A stretch of 53,761 nucleotides of DNA from a virus. Taxonomy: Duplodnaviria; Caudoviricetes. The notes beneath the pieces were generated by a model. It worked only from the letters and a program-made list of their open reading frames with translations, was not told the origin of the DNA and ran no database searches. A program made the position numbers and the translations under genes. Shown piece after piece: positions 16,924-25,783 of the stretch (its first letter is position 1; each line of letters starts with the position of its first letter). The DNA is taken from positions 1 through 53,761 of IMG/VR virus record IMGVR_UViG_3300050015_000366. One strand, written 5' to 3'.

Positions 16924-18645
16924 ATGACGTTCCACCTCAGCGACCACTCGGCGCCCGTCGACCTCTCGGCTTTGATCGACACGCGACTGCTCGTTCAGGC
17001 CAACAGCGGCGGCGGCAAGAGCTGGTGCTTGCGGCGCATCCTCGAGCAGACGCACGGGCGGGCGCAGCACCTGGTGATCGACCCAGAGGGCGAGTTTGCC
17101 AGCCTCCGGGAGCGGTTCGACTACGTGCTCGCCGCGCGCCAGGGCGGGGACACGGCCGCAGACCCGCGCTCCGCAAAGCTCCTGGCTGAACGCCTGCTCG
17201 AGCTCGGGGCCTCGGCCGTCCTCGACATCTACGAGCTGAAGGCGCACGAGCGCATCCGGTTCGTGCGCGCCTTCCTCGAGGCGCTGGTCGATGCCCCGAA
17301 GAAGCTCTGGCATCCGGCGCTGGTCGTGGTCGACGAGGCGCACGTCTACTGCCCGCAGGTAGGCGAGGCCGAGAGCGCCGGCGCCGTCATTGACCTGGCG
17401 ACGCGCGGCCGCAAGCGCGGGTTCTGCGCCATCCTCGCTACGCAGCGCCTCTCGAAGCTCCACAAGGACGCCGCGGCGGAGTGCAACAACAAGCTGATCG
17501 GGCGCACTGGCCTCGACGTCGACATGAAGCGCGCCGGCGACGAGCTCGGGTTTACCAAGGACCGGCTCCACGAGCTGCGCGAGCTGGACGCGGGGCACTT
17601 CTTCGCGTTCGGGCCGGCCATCTCCAGGAGCGTAACGAAGGTCCACGTCGGCGGCGTGCAGACGACGCACCCGAAGACGGGCAGCCGGATCGCGTTCACC
17701 GCGCCGCCACCCACAGAGAAGGTCCGCGCGCTGCTTCCGAAGCTGGCCGACCTTCCGGCGGAAGCCGAGGCCCGCCAGAAGACGGTCGAGGACCTCAAGC
17801 GTGAGCTGGCCACGGCGCGCCGCGAGCTGACGATCGCCAGGCAAGCCGCCCCGGCTCCGGCGCCGCCGAAGGTCGAGCGGATCGAGGTTCCGGTTCTGGT
17901 GGACGAAGATCGGGCAGGGCTCCGGGAAGTCGTCCAGTCGCTTCGATCGACCGCGGAAACACTGGGCGCTCGTGCGGACCAAATCGAGGGGGCGCTCCGC
18001 CGAGTAGGCCAGGCGCCGATGGAGCCGCGCGGACTGCGCCCGATGCCGAACGCGACGCGGCAAATCCAGCAGCACGTGGACGGCATGATTGCTCGCGCCG
18101 CGCGGAAGCCTGTGACGCCGTCGCTGCCGCGGCGAGCCGCCGAGTCGAACGGCAATCTCACCGGCCCCGAGCAGCGCATCCTCGACGCGATTGCGTGGCT
18201 CGCGGCGATCGGCGTCTCGGAACCCGAGCAGGCCGCCGTCGCCTTCCTCGCCGGCTACACCTACGGCGGCGGCGCCTTCAACAACCCGCGCGGCTCGCTC
18301 CGCACGAGGGGCCTAGTCGACTACCGGCCAGGGGAGCGCATCGTCCTGACGGTTGATGGTGCCGCCTCGGCCAACGCGCCCGACGCGCCGCTGACCGCCG
18401 AGGAGCTGCAGGCCCGCGTGCTGGCGCGCCTGCCGGGCCCGGAGCAGCGCCTCCTGCGGCCGCTCCTGGCCGCCTACCCTGACGCGCTCAGCAACGAGGA
18501 CCTGGCCGGCCAGGCGAACTACACGCCGAACGCAGGGGCGTTCAACAACCCGAGGGGGCGCCTGCGAAGCCTCGGCCTCATCGACTACCCGCGGCCCGGC
18601 TACGTCGTCGCGAAGCCGCTGCTGTTCCTGGAGGAACGCTCGTGA
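16924..18645 (+). CDS. HerA/FtsK-superfamily ATPase with tandem C-terminal winged-helix repeats
   Basis: ANSGGGKS, VIDPEGE, VVDEAH, GRKRG, LATQR; GAFNNPRG-x-LR-x2-GL-x-DY occurs twice. Confidence 0.85.
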   Translation: MTFHLSDHSAPVDLSALIDTRLLVQANSGGGKSWCLRRILEQTHGRAQHLVIDPEGEFASLRERFDYVLAARQGGDTAADPRSAKLLAERLLELGASAVLDIYELKAHERIRFVRAFLEALVDAPKKLWHPALVVVDEAHVYCPQVGEAESAGAVIDLATRGRKRGFCAILATQRLSKLHKDAAAECNNKLIGRTGLDVDMKRAGDELGFTKDRLHELRELDAGHFFAFGPAISRSVTKVHVGGVQTTHPKTGSRIAFTAPPPTEKVRALLPKLADLPAEAEARQKTVEDLKRELATARRELTIARQAAPAPAPPKVERIEVPVLVDEDRAGLREVVQSLRSTAETLGARADQIEGALRRVGQAPMEPRGLRPMPNATRQIQQHVDGMIARAARKPVTPSLPRRAAESNGNLTGPEQRILDAIAWLAAIGVSEPEQAAVAFLAGYTYGGGAFNNPRGSLRTRGLVDYRPGERIVLTVDGAASANAPDAPLTAEELQARVLARLPGPEQRLLRPLLAAYPDALSNEDLAGQANYTPNAGAFNNPRGRLRSLGLIDYPRPGYVVAKPLLFLEERS

Positions 18646-20849
18646 GCGCCTACGCCCTCCGGCCCTATCAGCGTTCCGCCGCCGACGCCGGCGTGGCCTA
18701 CTTGACCAACCCGCGGCTGCGCGACCGGAACGGCATCATCGTCGCGCCGACGGGGTCAGGGAAATCGCTACTGGTCGCCAGCATCGCGACGGCGCTGCCG
18801 GGGCCGTGCATCGTCCTGCAGCCGACCAAGGAGATCCTCGAGCAGAACGCCGCGAAGCTCACAGCCTACGGCTTTCCGCCGGCCCTGTACTCGGCCAGCG
18901 TAGGCCGCAAGGAGATCGGGCGCATCACGCTCGCGACGTTCGGCAGCGTGGTCAAGCAGGCGGAGGCGTTCCGGGACTTCTCGTTCGTGCTCATCGATGA
19001 GTGCTTTGTCGCCGGAACGCTTGTTGATGGTCGCCCAATCGAGAGCGTTCTTCCCGGAGACGTCGTCACGACATACGACCACGAACGGGGGCAGGTCTCG
19101 TCCGGTCGCGTGCTTTCGACGATGAAGCGGCTGAGGCCGGAACGGCTCTGCCGCGTTACGGCTAGTGGCCAGCAAGTCTCGTGTACGCCAAATCATCCGT
19201 TTTTCGTCGAGGGCCACGGCTACACGCGAGCCGACAGCCTTCAGATCGGAGATCGCCTTGCCTACTGGAGTCTACCAACGACCACCGCTCCCGATAGTGC
19301 CGTGCACCCACTGCGGAGCGGACCTGAAGATCAAGAACGGGGCCCAGCATTCCTATTATCGGAAGACCGGGAGGGCTTTTCACCCGGAATGCGGGCGAAG
19401 ACAGGTCTCGGAGAACACGTCCCGGATTATGTCTGGGAGGACGCCGACCCTCAAGGCCAGGGCCGCGTCCAGCGAGCGGATGAAGCGCCGGAATCCGATG
19501 TCCAACCCGCTGATTCGCGCGAAGGTCTCCGGGTCACTGCGCAAGATCGGACACCGTCCGCGCGTTCGGGGCGGGAACGGGTGTCCGATGCCAGAGGCAC
19601 AGCGGTTGCTGCTGGCCCGACTCGGAGAGGGATGGGCCCTGGAATTCGTGGTGAAAACAGGACGTCGAGCCGAGGGGTATCCGCATTGCTACAAGATCGA
19701 CCTGGCGAACCCGGCCCTGATGATCGCGGTCGAGATCGACGGGGGGAGCCACAGTCTATCGAGGCGAGCGGAGGACGAACGGAAAACGGCGTTCTTGACC
19801 TCGCTCGGGTGGAGAGTGTGGAGGTTCTCGAACGAGAGCGTCCTAACCTCTTTGGAGCTGGTTGCGCGGGAGATTACGTTTACAACCTCGAAGTAGCCGA
19901 GCACAACAACTACTTCGCCAACGGTCTCCTCGTCCACAACTGCCACCAGGCCGTCTCGCCGAAGGGCGGCATGGTCAAGGCCTTCCTCGACGTGCTGCAG
20001 CACGCGAGAATTCTCGGATTCACAGCCACGCCGTTCCGGCTCGCGAGCAACTCCTGGGGCTCGACGCTGCGCTTCCTGACCCGGACCCGGCCTCGCATCT
20101 TCCGCGACGTCGTGCACGTCACGCAGATCGCCGAGCTGGTGCGCGGCGGCTTCCTATGCCCCGTCCAGTACGACGTGCGGCCGCTCATCAAACGGGACCG
20201 CCTTCGCTACAACAGCACAGGCGGCGACTACACCGACGCGTCGGTCCAGGCGGCCTTCGCGGAAGTCGGCTTCCCGGGCCAGCTGCGCCGAGGGGTCCAG
20301 CGCGTGCTCGACAGCGGCCGGCAGCACGCCCTGGTGTTCACCCGGTTCGTCGACGAGGCGCAGCAACTCGCGGCGGCGATCCCCGGCGCGGCGGTCGTCA
20401 CTGGCGAGACGCCAGCCGGCGAGCGGGCCCGGATTCTGAACGACTTCAAGGCTGGGCGGATCCGAGTCGTGGCGAACTGCGCTGTCCTACTCGTGGGCTT
20501 CGACTTCCCCGAGCTGGACGCCGTCGTGCTGGCCTCGCCGACCGTCTCCCTGGCCCGCTACTACCAGAGCGTCGGCCGCGGTATTCGCCCGGCGCCGGGC
20601 AAGCGTGATGCCCTGGTCGTGGACCTAGTGGGGACCGTCGAGCAGTTCGGCCACGTCGAGGATCTCGTGCTCGAGCCGGGCGGTGTGACAGGTGAGAAGT
20701 GGGTGGTCAAGAGCAGGGGGCGAGAGTTGACGAATTGCTACTACGGCGACCAGGCGAGCCAGGAGAAGCGGAAGAAGTCGGCGGAGTTCTGGAGCGGGCG
20801 GCGGGGTGGACAGGCGAGGTCACAGGCGGCGGACAACGGACGATTTTAG
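18642..20849 (+). CDS. SF2 (DExH) helicase containing an intein
   Basis: LRPYQ, APTGSGKS, DE|CH split by the intein, GFTATP, GFDFP, YYQSVGRGIR. Confidence 0.92.
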   Translation: MSAYALRPYQRSAADAGVAYLTNPRLRDRNGIIVAPTGSGKSLLVASIATALPGPCIVLQPTKEILEQNAAKLTAYGFPPALYSASVGRKEIGRITLATFGSVVKQAEAFRDFSFVLIDECFVAGTLVDGRPIESVLPGDVVTTYDHERGQVSSGRVLSTMKRLRPERLCRVTASGQQVSCTPNHPFFVEGHGYTRADSLQIGDRLAYWSLPTTTAPDSAVHPLRSGPEDQERGPAFLLSEDREGFSPGMRAKTGLGEHVPDYVWEDADPQGQGRVQRADEAPESDVQPADSREGLRVTAQDRTPSARSGRERVSDARGTAVAAGPTRRGMGPGIRGENRTSSRGVSALLQDRPGEPGPDDRGRDRRGEPQSIEASGGRTENGVLDLARVESVEVLERERPNLFGAGCAGDYVYNLEVAEHNNYFANGLLVHNCHQAVSPKGGMVKAFLDVLQHARILGFTATPFRLASNSWGSTLRFLTRTRPRIFRDVVHVTQIAELVRGGFLCPVQYDVRPLIKRDRLRYNSTGGDYTDASVQAAFAEVGFPGQLRRGVQRVLDSGRQHALVFTRFVDEAQQLAAAIPGAAVVTGETPAGERARILNDFKAGRIRVVANCAVLLVGFDFPELDAVVLASPTVSLARYYQSVGRGIRPAPGKRDALVVDLVGTVEQFGHVEDLVLEPGGVTGEKWVVKSRGRELTNCYYGDQASQEKRKKSAEFWSGRRGGQARSQAADNGRF
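19002..19940 (+). mobile_element. intein (313 aa) inserted in the helicase DE/CH motif
   Basis: Starts CFVAGT, block B CTPNHPF, ends VYNLEV...NYFANGLLVHN followed by Cys+1; removal restores DECH. Confidence 0.95.
19258..19896 (+). CDS. Vsr/DUF559-like endonuclease overprinted in the +1 frame inside the helicase intein
   Basis: CTHC, NUMOD3-like RMKRRNPM...RAKVS, EAQRLL...YKIDLA...IAVEIDGGSH...DERKTAFLTSLGWRVWRFSN; GGAG SD before TTG 19258 (ORF open from 19165). Confidence 0.85.
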   Translation: MPTGVYQRPPLPIVPCTHCGADLKIKNGAQHSYYRKTGRAFHPECGRRQVSENTSRIMSGRTPTLKARAASSERMKRRNPMSNPLIRAKVSGSLRKIGHRPRVRGGNGCPMPEAQRLLLARLGEGWALEFVVKTGRRAEGYPHCYKIDLANPALMIAVEIDGGSHSLSRRAEDERKTAFLTSLGWRVWRFSNESVLTSLELVAREITFTTSK

Positions 20850-20862
20850 GGGCGGGGAATTC

Positions 20863-21858
20863 ATGCCGGACGATCGGATGTTACATCGGCGAGCGGGTCA
20901 CTCGGAGAGGGTGTCGGGGCTGTCAGACTTCGACTACAGGGTCTGGACCACCTACTTACTCGCCGCCGACGACTTCGGAATTATGCGGGCGACGGCAGTG
21001 ACCCTCCAGGCAGCGGACGAGTCACTCGCGAAAAGGCCTCCCGGCACCGTGCAGGCGGCCCTGGAACGGGTGCTCCTGGTTGGCCTGGTCGGCGTGTTCA
21101 CGCACCAGCGCCAGCGGTTCGTCTACCAAGCCGACTGGCAGGATTGGCAGAAGGTCAAGTATCCGCGGGAAACGCAGAACCCCGCGCCGCCATTGGACTT
21201 ACTCGCGAGGTGCAGCCCCGAGACTCGGGAGTTGTTCCAGAAGCACCCGGGCGGGAACAAGCCGAGGAGCGGGAAAAATTCTCCGAAGATTTCCGAAACG
21301 TTGGGGGAAAATTCTGGAAAAGTTCCGGAAACTTTTCCGCCCAACGCGCGCGCGCGTACGCCGTTAGCCGTTAGCCGTAAGCCATTAGCCGTTAGCCATA
21401 CGCCGTCAGCCGGCGGCCAGGAGGCTGCGCCTCCGACGACGGGCGCGCCACCGGACGACCCTCCCAACGATGACATCCCGACGGACGAGGAACTGCCCGA
21501 TCCCGAGCCTCAAGCCTTGAGCCCCGAGCCTCCTCCTCGGTCCGTTCCGCGAATCGCGTCCGGCCAGCACAAGCATCACGCGCACTGCGACCTGGTCTGC
21601 GTGCCCGCGTTCCTGCACGCGGAATTCCGACAGGCCCTCAACCGGCCGAACGACCCGGACGGCGTCGATGCCGAACTCGTCGCCGGCTACACCGCGCACT
21701 GCCAGGGTTGGCCAGAGGGCGAGGCCACCGGCGACGCCGTCTCATTCTGGCGGGCGTGGTTCCGAGCGCGCTACCCGGCACCGACAACCCGGCAGATCCG
21801 GCAGGTGACCGAGCGCCAGCGCAACGCGGAGTGGCTCGCTAAGGAGGGCATCCGGTGA
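20863..21858 (+). CDS. phage replication initiator / replisome organiser
   Basis: N-terminal LLAADDFG...DWQDWQK domain, low-complexity middle with internal DNA repeats, followed by a loader-like gene. Confidence 0.7.
   Translation: MPDDRMLHRRAGHSERVSGLSDFDYRVWTTYLLAADDFGIMRATAVTLQAADESLAKRPPGTVQAALERVLLVGLVGVFTHQRQRFVYQADWQDWQKVKYPRETQNPAPPLDLLARCSPETRELFQKHPGGNKPRSGKNSPKISETLGENSGKVPETFPPNARARTPLAVSRKPLAVSHTPSAGGQEAAPPTTGAPPDDPPNDDIPTDEELPDPEPQALSPEPPPRSVPRIASGQHKHHAHCDLVCVPAFLHAEFRQALNRPNDPDGVDAELVAGYTAHCQGWPEGEATGDAVSFWRAWFRARYPAPTTRQIRQVTERQRNAEWLAKEGIR
21271..21398. repeat. probable replication origin: A/T-tract repeats plus 7-bp tandem GCCGTTA x5.5
   Basis: GGAAAAATTCT/GGAAAATTCT/GGAAAAGTTCC/GGAAACTTTTCC, then (GCCGTTA)-like units at 21360-21398, inside the initiator gene. 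Confidence 0.6.
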
Positions 21859-22289
21859 CCCCGCGGCAGCTCTTCGTCACGGCCTACCACCGGATCGTCA
21901 AGGGCCTCGGCGTCGTGCGCGACGACGAGCAGTTCGAGGAATGCTGGACGCAGGCGCAACGCTTCGACCCTGCGCTCTTCGATGCTGCGGCGACCCGGCT
22001 CCTCGAGACCGCCGTCTGGATGCCCAAGCCAGCCGAGTGGGCGCGCGCCTGCGCAGACGTCGGCGCCTCCCGCGACCAACAGGCTCGCGACCACGCCTCG
22101 CAGACGGCCGCGGCGTACGTCGGCATGGCCGGGCCCTACTGCGGCGACTGCCGAGACACCGGCTTTCGCAAGAGCGTGAAGCGGCCCGGCTATGTGACGG
22201 CCTGCGAGTGCTGCGACGAGAACCCGGTGATTCAAGCCAGACGTCACGGGATCGCGATTCCCGGCGACGAGAACGGAGCGACCGTATGA
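21855..22289 (+). CDS. putative helicase loader/inhibitor-like protein with Zn finger
   Basis: WMPKPAEW then CGDCRDTG...CECC, directly after the initiator. Confidence 0.6.
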   Translation: MTPRQLFVTAYHRIVKGLGVVRDDEQFEECWTQAQRFDPALFDAAATRLLETAVWMPKPAEWARACADVGASRDQQARDHASQTAAAYVGMAGPYCGDCRDTGFRKSVKRPGYVTACECCDENPVIQARRHGIAIPGDENGATV

Positions 22290-22684
22290 CCCCCAGCGAA
22301 GCGCGGTCGATCCCCTACGAGCAGTATCTCCAGACCGAGCACTGGCAGGCCATGCGCCGGCTGGCGCTCGAGGCCGCGGACCACCATTGCCTGCTCTGCG
22401 ACGCCGATTCGAACCTCGACGTGCACCATCGGACCTACGAACGGCTGGGCATGGAGCAGCTGCGCGACCTGGTCGTGCTCTGCGAGACGTGTCACGCGCG
22501 CCATCACGAGGTGTTCGAACGGGCCGCACTGACCGCCGCTGAATCCGAGCGCATCGCGTTCCTCGAGGCCGAGATCCTGGCGGAGATGGCCGGCGCGCAA
22601 TTCCTCGCGGCCCAGGTCGAACGCGCCTGGGTCGACGGGGTCGAGGAAGGCCGACGGCGGGGCAAAACCGAGGGTGTGGCGTGA
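22286..22684 (+). CDS. HNH endonuclease
   Basis: YLQTEHW, CLLC, LDVHHRTY, LVVLCETCHARHH. Confidence 0.85.
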   Translation: MTPSEARSIPYEQYLQTEHWQAMRRLALEAADHHCLLCDADSNLDVHHRTYERLGMEQLRDLVVLCETCHARHHEVFERAALTAAESERIAFLEAEILAEMAGAQFLAAQVERAWVDGVEEGRRRGKTEGVA

Positions 22685-22724
22685 TCGCCCTGGCCACGGC
22701 CCGCCGGGCGCTGGAGGAAGACAA

Positions 22725-23360
22725 GTGAACATCAACTTACCGGGTGTGCTACGTGCGATGGCCAAGGCCGAGGATCGCGTGGAGATGGTGGCCGAAGATC
22801 CGTCGGTCATCGACTACTGCGCGGCGGCTGCAGATCGACTGGACGCTGATGCCGCCGCCCTTGCCGCGCTCCGCGAGCAGTTGGCCGAGGCGCAGCGGGA
22901 GAACCGGCGGCTCACCGACGAGATCATGGCCATCATCGCCCCGACTGAAGTCGGCGGTGGGGTGGTGGCACACCTGAAGCAAAAGCTGGACGATGCGAAT
23001 CACGCCGTCGAACTCCTGACGAAAGCCGACGAGGCGGCGGTCTACCTGTTCCATAAGTTGGAAGAGGCCGACCAGAAGCTGGAGCGCCACATCAAGCAAG
23101 CGCACGACATCTCGCACCTACTCAGCGAGGCCGGAATTGGGCCGTGTCCCATACCTGAGGGCGTGCATCAGTTATTGACCCGCGCCGAATCCTCCGAGCG
23201 CGAGTTAGCCGCCCTGAAGGCGCAGGGGTGCGAGACATGCGCCCATCAAGGGCTGCGGCTTACGCCGGACATCTACTGTGCGCTGCACGAGGACATGGCC
23301 GCGAGGTTCGGCAACCGCTGTGGTCGCTGGACGCCCGTCGCGCCCACGCCGGAGGGATGA
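22725..23360 (+). CDS. hypothetical coiled-coil protein
   Basis: GGAGG SD before GTG, Cys-rich C-terminus. Confidence 0.55.
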   Translation: MNINLPGVLRAMAKAEDRVEMVAEDPSVIDYCAAAADRLDADAAALAALREQLAEAQRENRRLTDEIMAIIAPTEVGGGVVAHLKQKLDDANHAVELLTKADEAAVYLFHKLEEADQKLERHIKQAHDISHLLSEAGIGPCPIPEGVHQLLTRAESSERELAALKAQGCETCAHQGLRLTPDIYCALHEDMAARFGNRCGRWTPVAPTPEG

Positions 23361-23656
23361 GGATGCCACACTTGCCGTGGGCTGGATTCGCTCCATTGCG
23401 ACCGGGCCGGATTCATGTCTTTTGCCCGCGCTGTCATCGGAAGGTATCGAACGCCGAGCGTGGGAAGTACGACCCGCCTCGCGCCACGCTGGTGCATACG
23501 CACTGCGACAGGTGCGGGGCAGGCGACAAGGATTGCAGCGAGACATTCTTCGCCGCCAACGGTAGAGAGATTTCGGGGGCCGAGATGGACCGGGCCTTTG
23601 AGCGTGTATTCAACGCGCCCGCCCCGCCCTCGGGGGCCGGGAAGGAGAAGCCATGA
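23357..23656 (+). CDS. hypothetical Zn-ribbon protein
   Basis: CPRC...CDRC, ATGA-coupled. Confidence 0.55.
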   Translation: MRMPHLPWAGFAPLRPGRIHVFCPRCHRKVSNAERGKYDPPRATLVHTHCDRCGAGDKDCSETFFAANGREISGAEMDRAFERVFNAPAPPSGAGKEKP

Positions 23657-23844
23657 AGAAGATGCATCCGTTTGAGGCGTTCTTAATACTCACCCACGAG
23701 GACGTGCCGATCTGCGTGAGGCTGCACGAGGAGGACGCCGTGGCGAACTGCGACGAGAAGAAGCGCGGCGAGCGCATCCAGCGCGTGCTGATCACCCCGG
23801 TCCCGCTGCCGGGGAGGAAGGGAGGCCAGACCAATGGCAAGTAA
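23617..23844 (+). repeat. 228-bp direct repeat, copy 1
   Basis: Near-identical to 25459-25686, with four mismatches near the 3' end. Confidence 0.95.
23653..23844 (+). CDS. hypothetical protein (duplicated gene, copy 1)
   Basis: AAGGAG SD; MKKMHPFEAF... Confidence 0.6.
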   Translation: MKKMHPFEAFLILTHEDVPICVRLHEEDAVANCDEKKRGERIQRVLITPVPLPGRKGGQTNGK

Positions 23845-24334
23845 CTCGATGACCCCGGCCCCGGAGACGGCGGCGCTGGTGGAGAGACTTACCGCGCTGG
23901 CGGAAACGCTTGTGTTCACTGGCTCATCGGCATCTGCCCGAGACGTATTCGCCGCCGCCGCGCTCCTCTCGCGCCCGCCGCAGCCGGAGCCGCAGGGGAC
24001 GGCGAGGGCGCTTGTCGAGTCCATCAAGCTACAGGCCCACTACGCCGAACTGCTGAACATGCACGACGGAGGACAGCGGCTGATCTTCAAGACGGTCGAG
24101 GAATGGTTGGCACGATTGGATGGCCTTATCGCTCGTTCGGCGATGGCCCAGCACGGAGAGGGGGCGAAGTACGAGCGGCCGGAAATACGCGCACGGTGGG
24201 AATCCGACGCGCTTTCCATCGTCTCCGCCATACGACGCGACTATCTGCCCTCGATGGACGACAACGACGGCGGACAGATTCTCGTGTGGATTCTCGACCT
24301 CATTGAGCGGTCGTCCTGCGGGGAGAAAGCATGA
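23834..24334 (+). CDS. hypothetical protein
   Basis: GGAGG SD; contains QAHYAELLNMHDGG-x-R. Confidence 0.55.
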   Translation: MASNSMTPAPETAALVERLTALAETLVFTGSSASARDVFAAAALLSRPPQPEPQGTARALVESIKLQAHYAELLNMHDGGQRLIFKTVEEWLARLDGLIARSAMAQHGEGAKYERPEIRARWESDALSIVSAIRRDYLPSMDDNDGGQILVWILDLIERSSCGEKA

Positions 24335-24726
24335 AGCTCACAGAATGCGTCGGCAAGCGGCTGCTCATCAAAACGCGGTCGTGGACTAACGAGGTTGTCG
24401 AAGCATCGATCCTCGAGGCCTCGGCGTCAGGTTGCGTGCTGGTTCGCTCCCGCAACGGTGCCGAGGGGTGGTTCGATGCGGCCAGCGCGGGGAACTGCAT
24501 CGTCATCGACGAACTGCCAGTGCCGCCCGCCGAGACCCAGCACGGAGAGGGGGAGAAGCCGGTTGACGTGCCGCCATACGACGTTCGCACACACGTTGAA
24601 TGGGCGCTTCGGATGGTGACGCAATCGGCAACCCCGGAGGCGGTCGATTGGAAGACGTTCCTACGCCAACTGCTCAAGATGTTGCCGCCCTCCGAGGCCT
24701 GCCGCGAGGGAGAAGGGAAGCCATGA
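24331..24726 (+). CDS. hypothetical protein
   Basis: ATGA-coupled, GGAG SD. Confidence 0.5.
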   Translation: MKLTECVGKRLLIKTRSWTNEVVEASILEASASGCVLVRSRNGAEGWFDAASAGNCIVIDELPVPPAETQHGEGEKPVDVPPYDVRTHVEWALRMVTQSATPEAVDWKTFLRQLLKMLPPSEACREGEGKP

Positions 24727-25277
24727 CTGAGCAGGACAGGGAGACGGCGAAGCGGATCCTTGCCGATGCGTGGCGTCACGGGGCGTTGATGACCGGCCCT
24801 ACTGTCGCAGACGCCATCGCCTCCGCGCTGTCTGCGGCACGGGCTGAATCCGAAGCTGAGCGCGATGCCATTCAAGAGACGCTGACGGCTGTCGAGCATG
24901 AAGTAGCCATCGTCTACTGCCACATCACAGACGGCGCGATCTCGAAGTGCAACACGCTCGCGTCTGAGGTCAAGACGGCGGCTGACGACTGCACGATGAA
25001 GCTGGTAGACCGTGAGATCGCGGAATACGAACGCCGTGCCGAAGCCGCCGAGCGCGAGGTCGCCGCCCTGAAGGCGCAGGGGGCGTGCGAGTGGACGGAA
25101 GACAGCGACGGGAACTGGGATACCGCGTGCGGGGAGACGTTCGTTCTCATCGACGGCATCCCGACCGGGAACGACATGAAGTTCTGCTGCTACTGCGGAA
25201 AGGCGTTGACCGAAGTGCGCTACGCCGAGCCGCCGATTGACGACGAGGCGCCCGTCGCGCCCACGCCGGAGGGATGA
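24723..25277 (+). CDS. hypothetical protein with C-terminal Zn ribbon
   Basis: CEWTED...WDTACG...KFCCYCGK. Confidence 0.6.
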   Translation: MTEQDRETAKRILADAWRHGALMTGPTVADAIASALSAARAESEAERDAIQETLTAVEHEVAIVYCHITDGAISKCNTLASEVKTAADDCTMKLVDREIAEYERRAEAAEREVAALKAQGACEWTEDSDGNWDTACGETFVLIDGIPTGNDMKFCCYCGKALTEVRYAEPPIDDEAPVAPTPEG

Positions 25278-25498
25278 GGACGCCTTGCTGCGAACGCTGC
25301 TGGTCGATGGCAAGGGGTCATGCTGACGAATACCATCGTCAGCTTGCGGCTAATCAGTGCTCGCCCGAACAACAGGCGGGGCCGGAAGCTACTGACTGTC
25401 CCAAGTGCCAGCGCAAGACGGTCCACCAGTACGCCAAGGTCTGCACGAACTGCGGATGGCCCGCCCCGCCCTCGGGGGCCGGGAAGGAGAAGCCATGA
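25274..25498 (+). CDS. hypothetical Cys-rich protein
   Basis: CCERC, CPKC, CTNC; ATGA-coupled. Confidence 0.55.
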   Translation: MRTPCCERCWSMARGHADEYHRQLAANQCSPEQQAGPEATDCPKCQRKTVHQYAKVCTNCGWPAPPSGAGKEKP

Positions 25499-25686
25499 AG
25501 AAGATGCATCCGTTTGAGGCGTTCTTAATACTCACCCACGAGGACGTGCCGATCTGCGTGAGGCTGCACGAGGAGGACGCCGTGGCGAACTGCGACGAGA
25601 AGAAGCGCGGCGAGCGCATCCAGCGCGTGCTGATCACCCCGGTCCCGCTGCCGGGAAGGAGGGGAGGCCAGGCCAATGGCAGGTAA
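25459..25686 (+). repeat. 228-bp direct repeat, copy 2
   Basis: Matches 23617-23844. Confidence 0.95.
25495..25686 (+). CDS. hypothetical protein (duplicated gene, copy 2)
   Basis: Near-identical to 23653-23844. Confidence 0.6.
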   Translation: MKKMHPFEAFLILTHEDVPICVRLHEEDAVANCDEKKRGERIQRVLITPVPLPGRRGGQANGR

Positions 25687-25783
25687 GGGCGATCGCGGCC
25701 GGGCTCAGGGGATCGTGAGGGCCCGGCGGCTTCACGCGGGCGCAGTCGCGCGGGCACCGAGAGAATCTTAGCCGGGTGGACTC

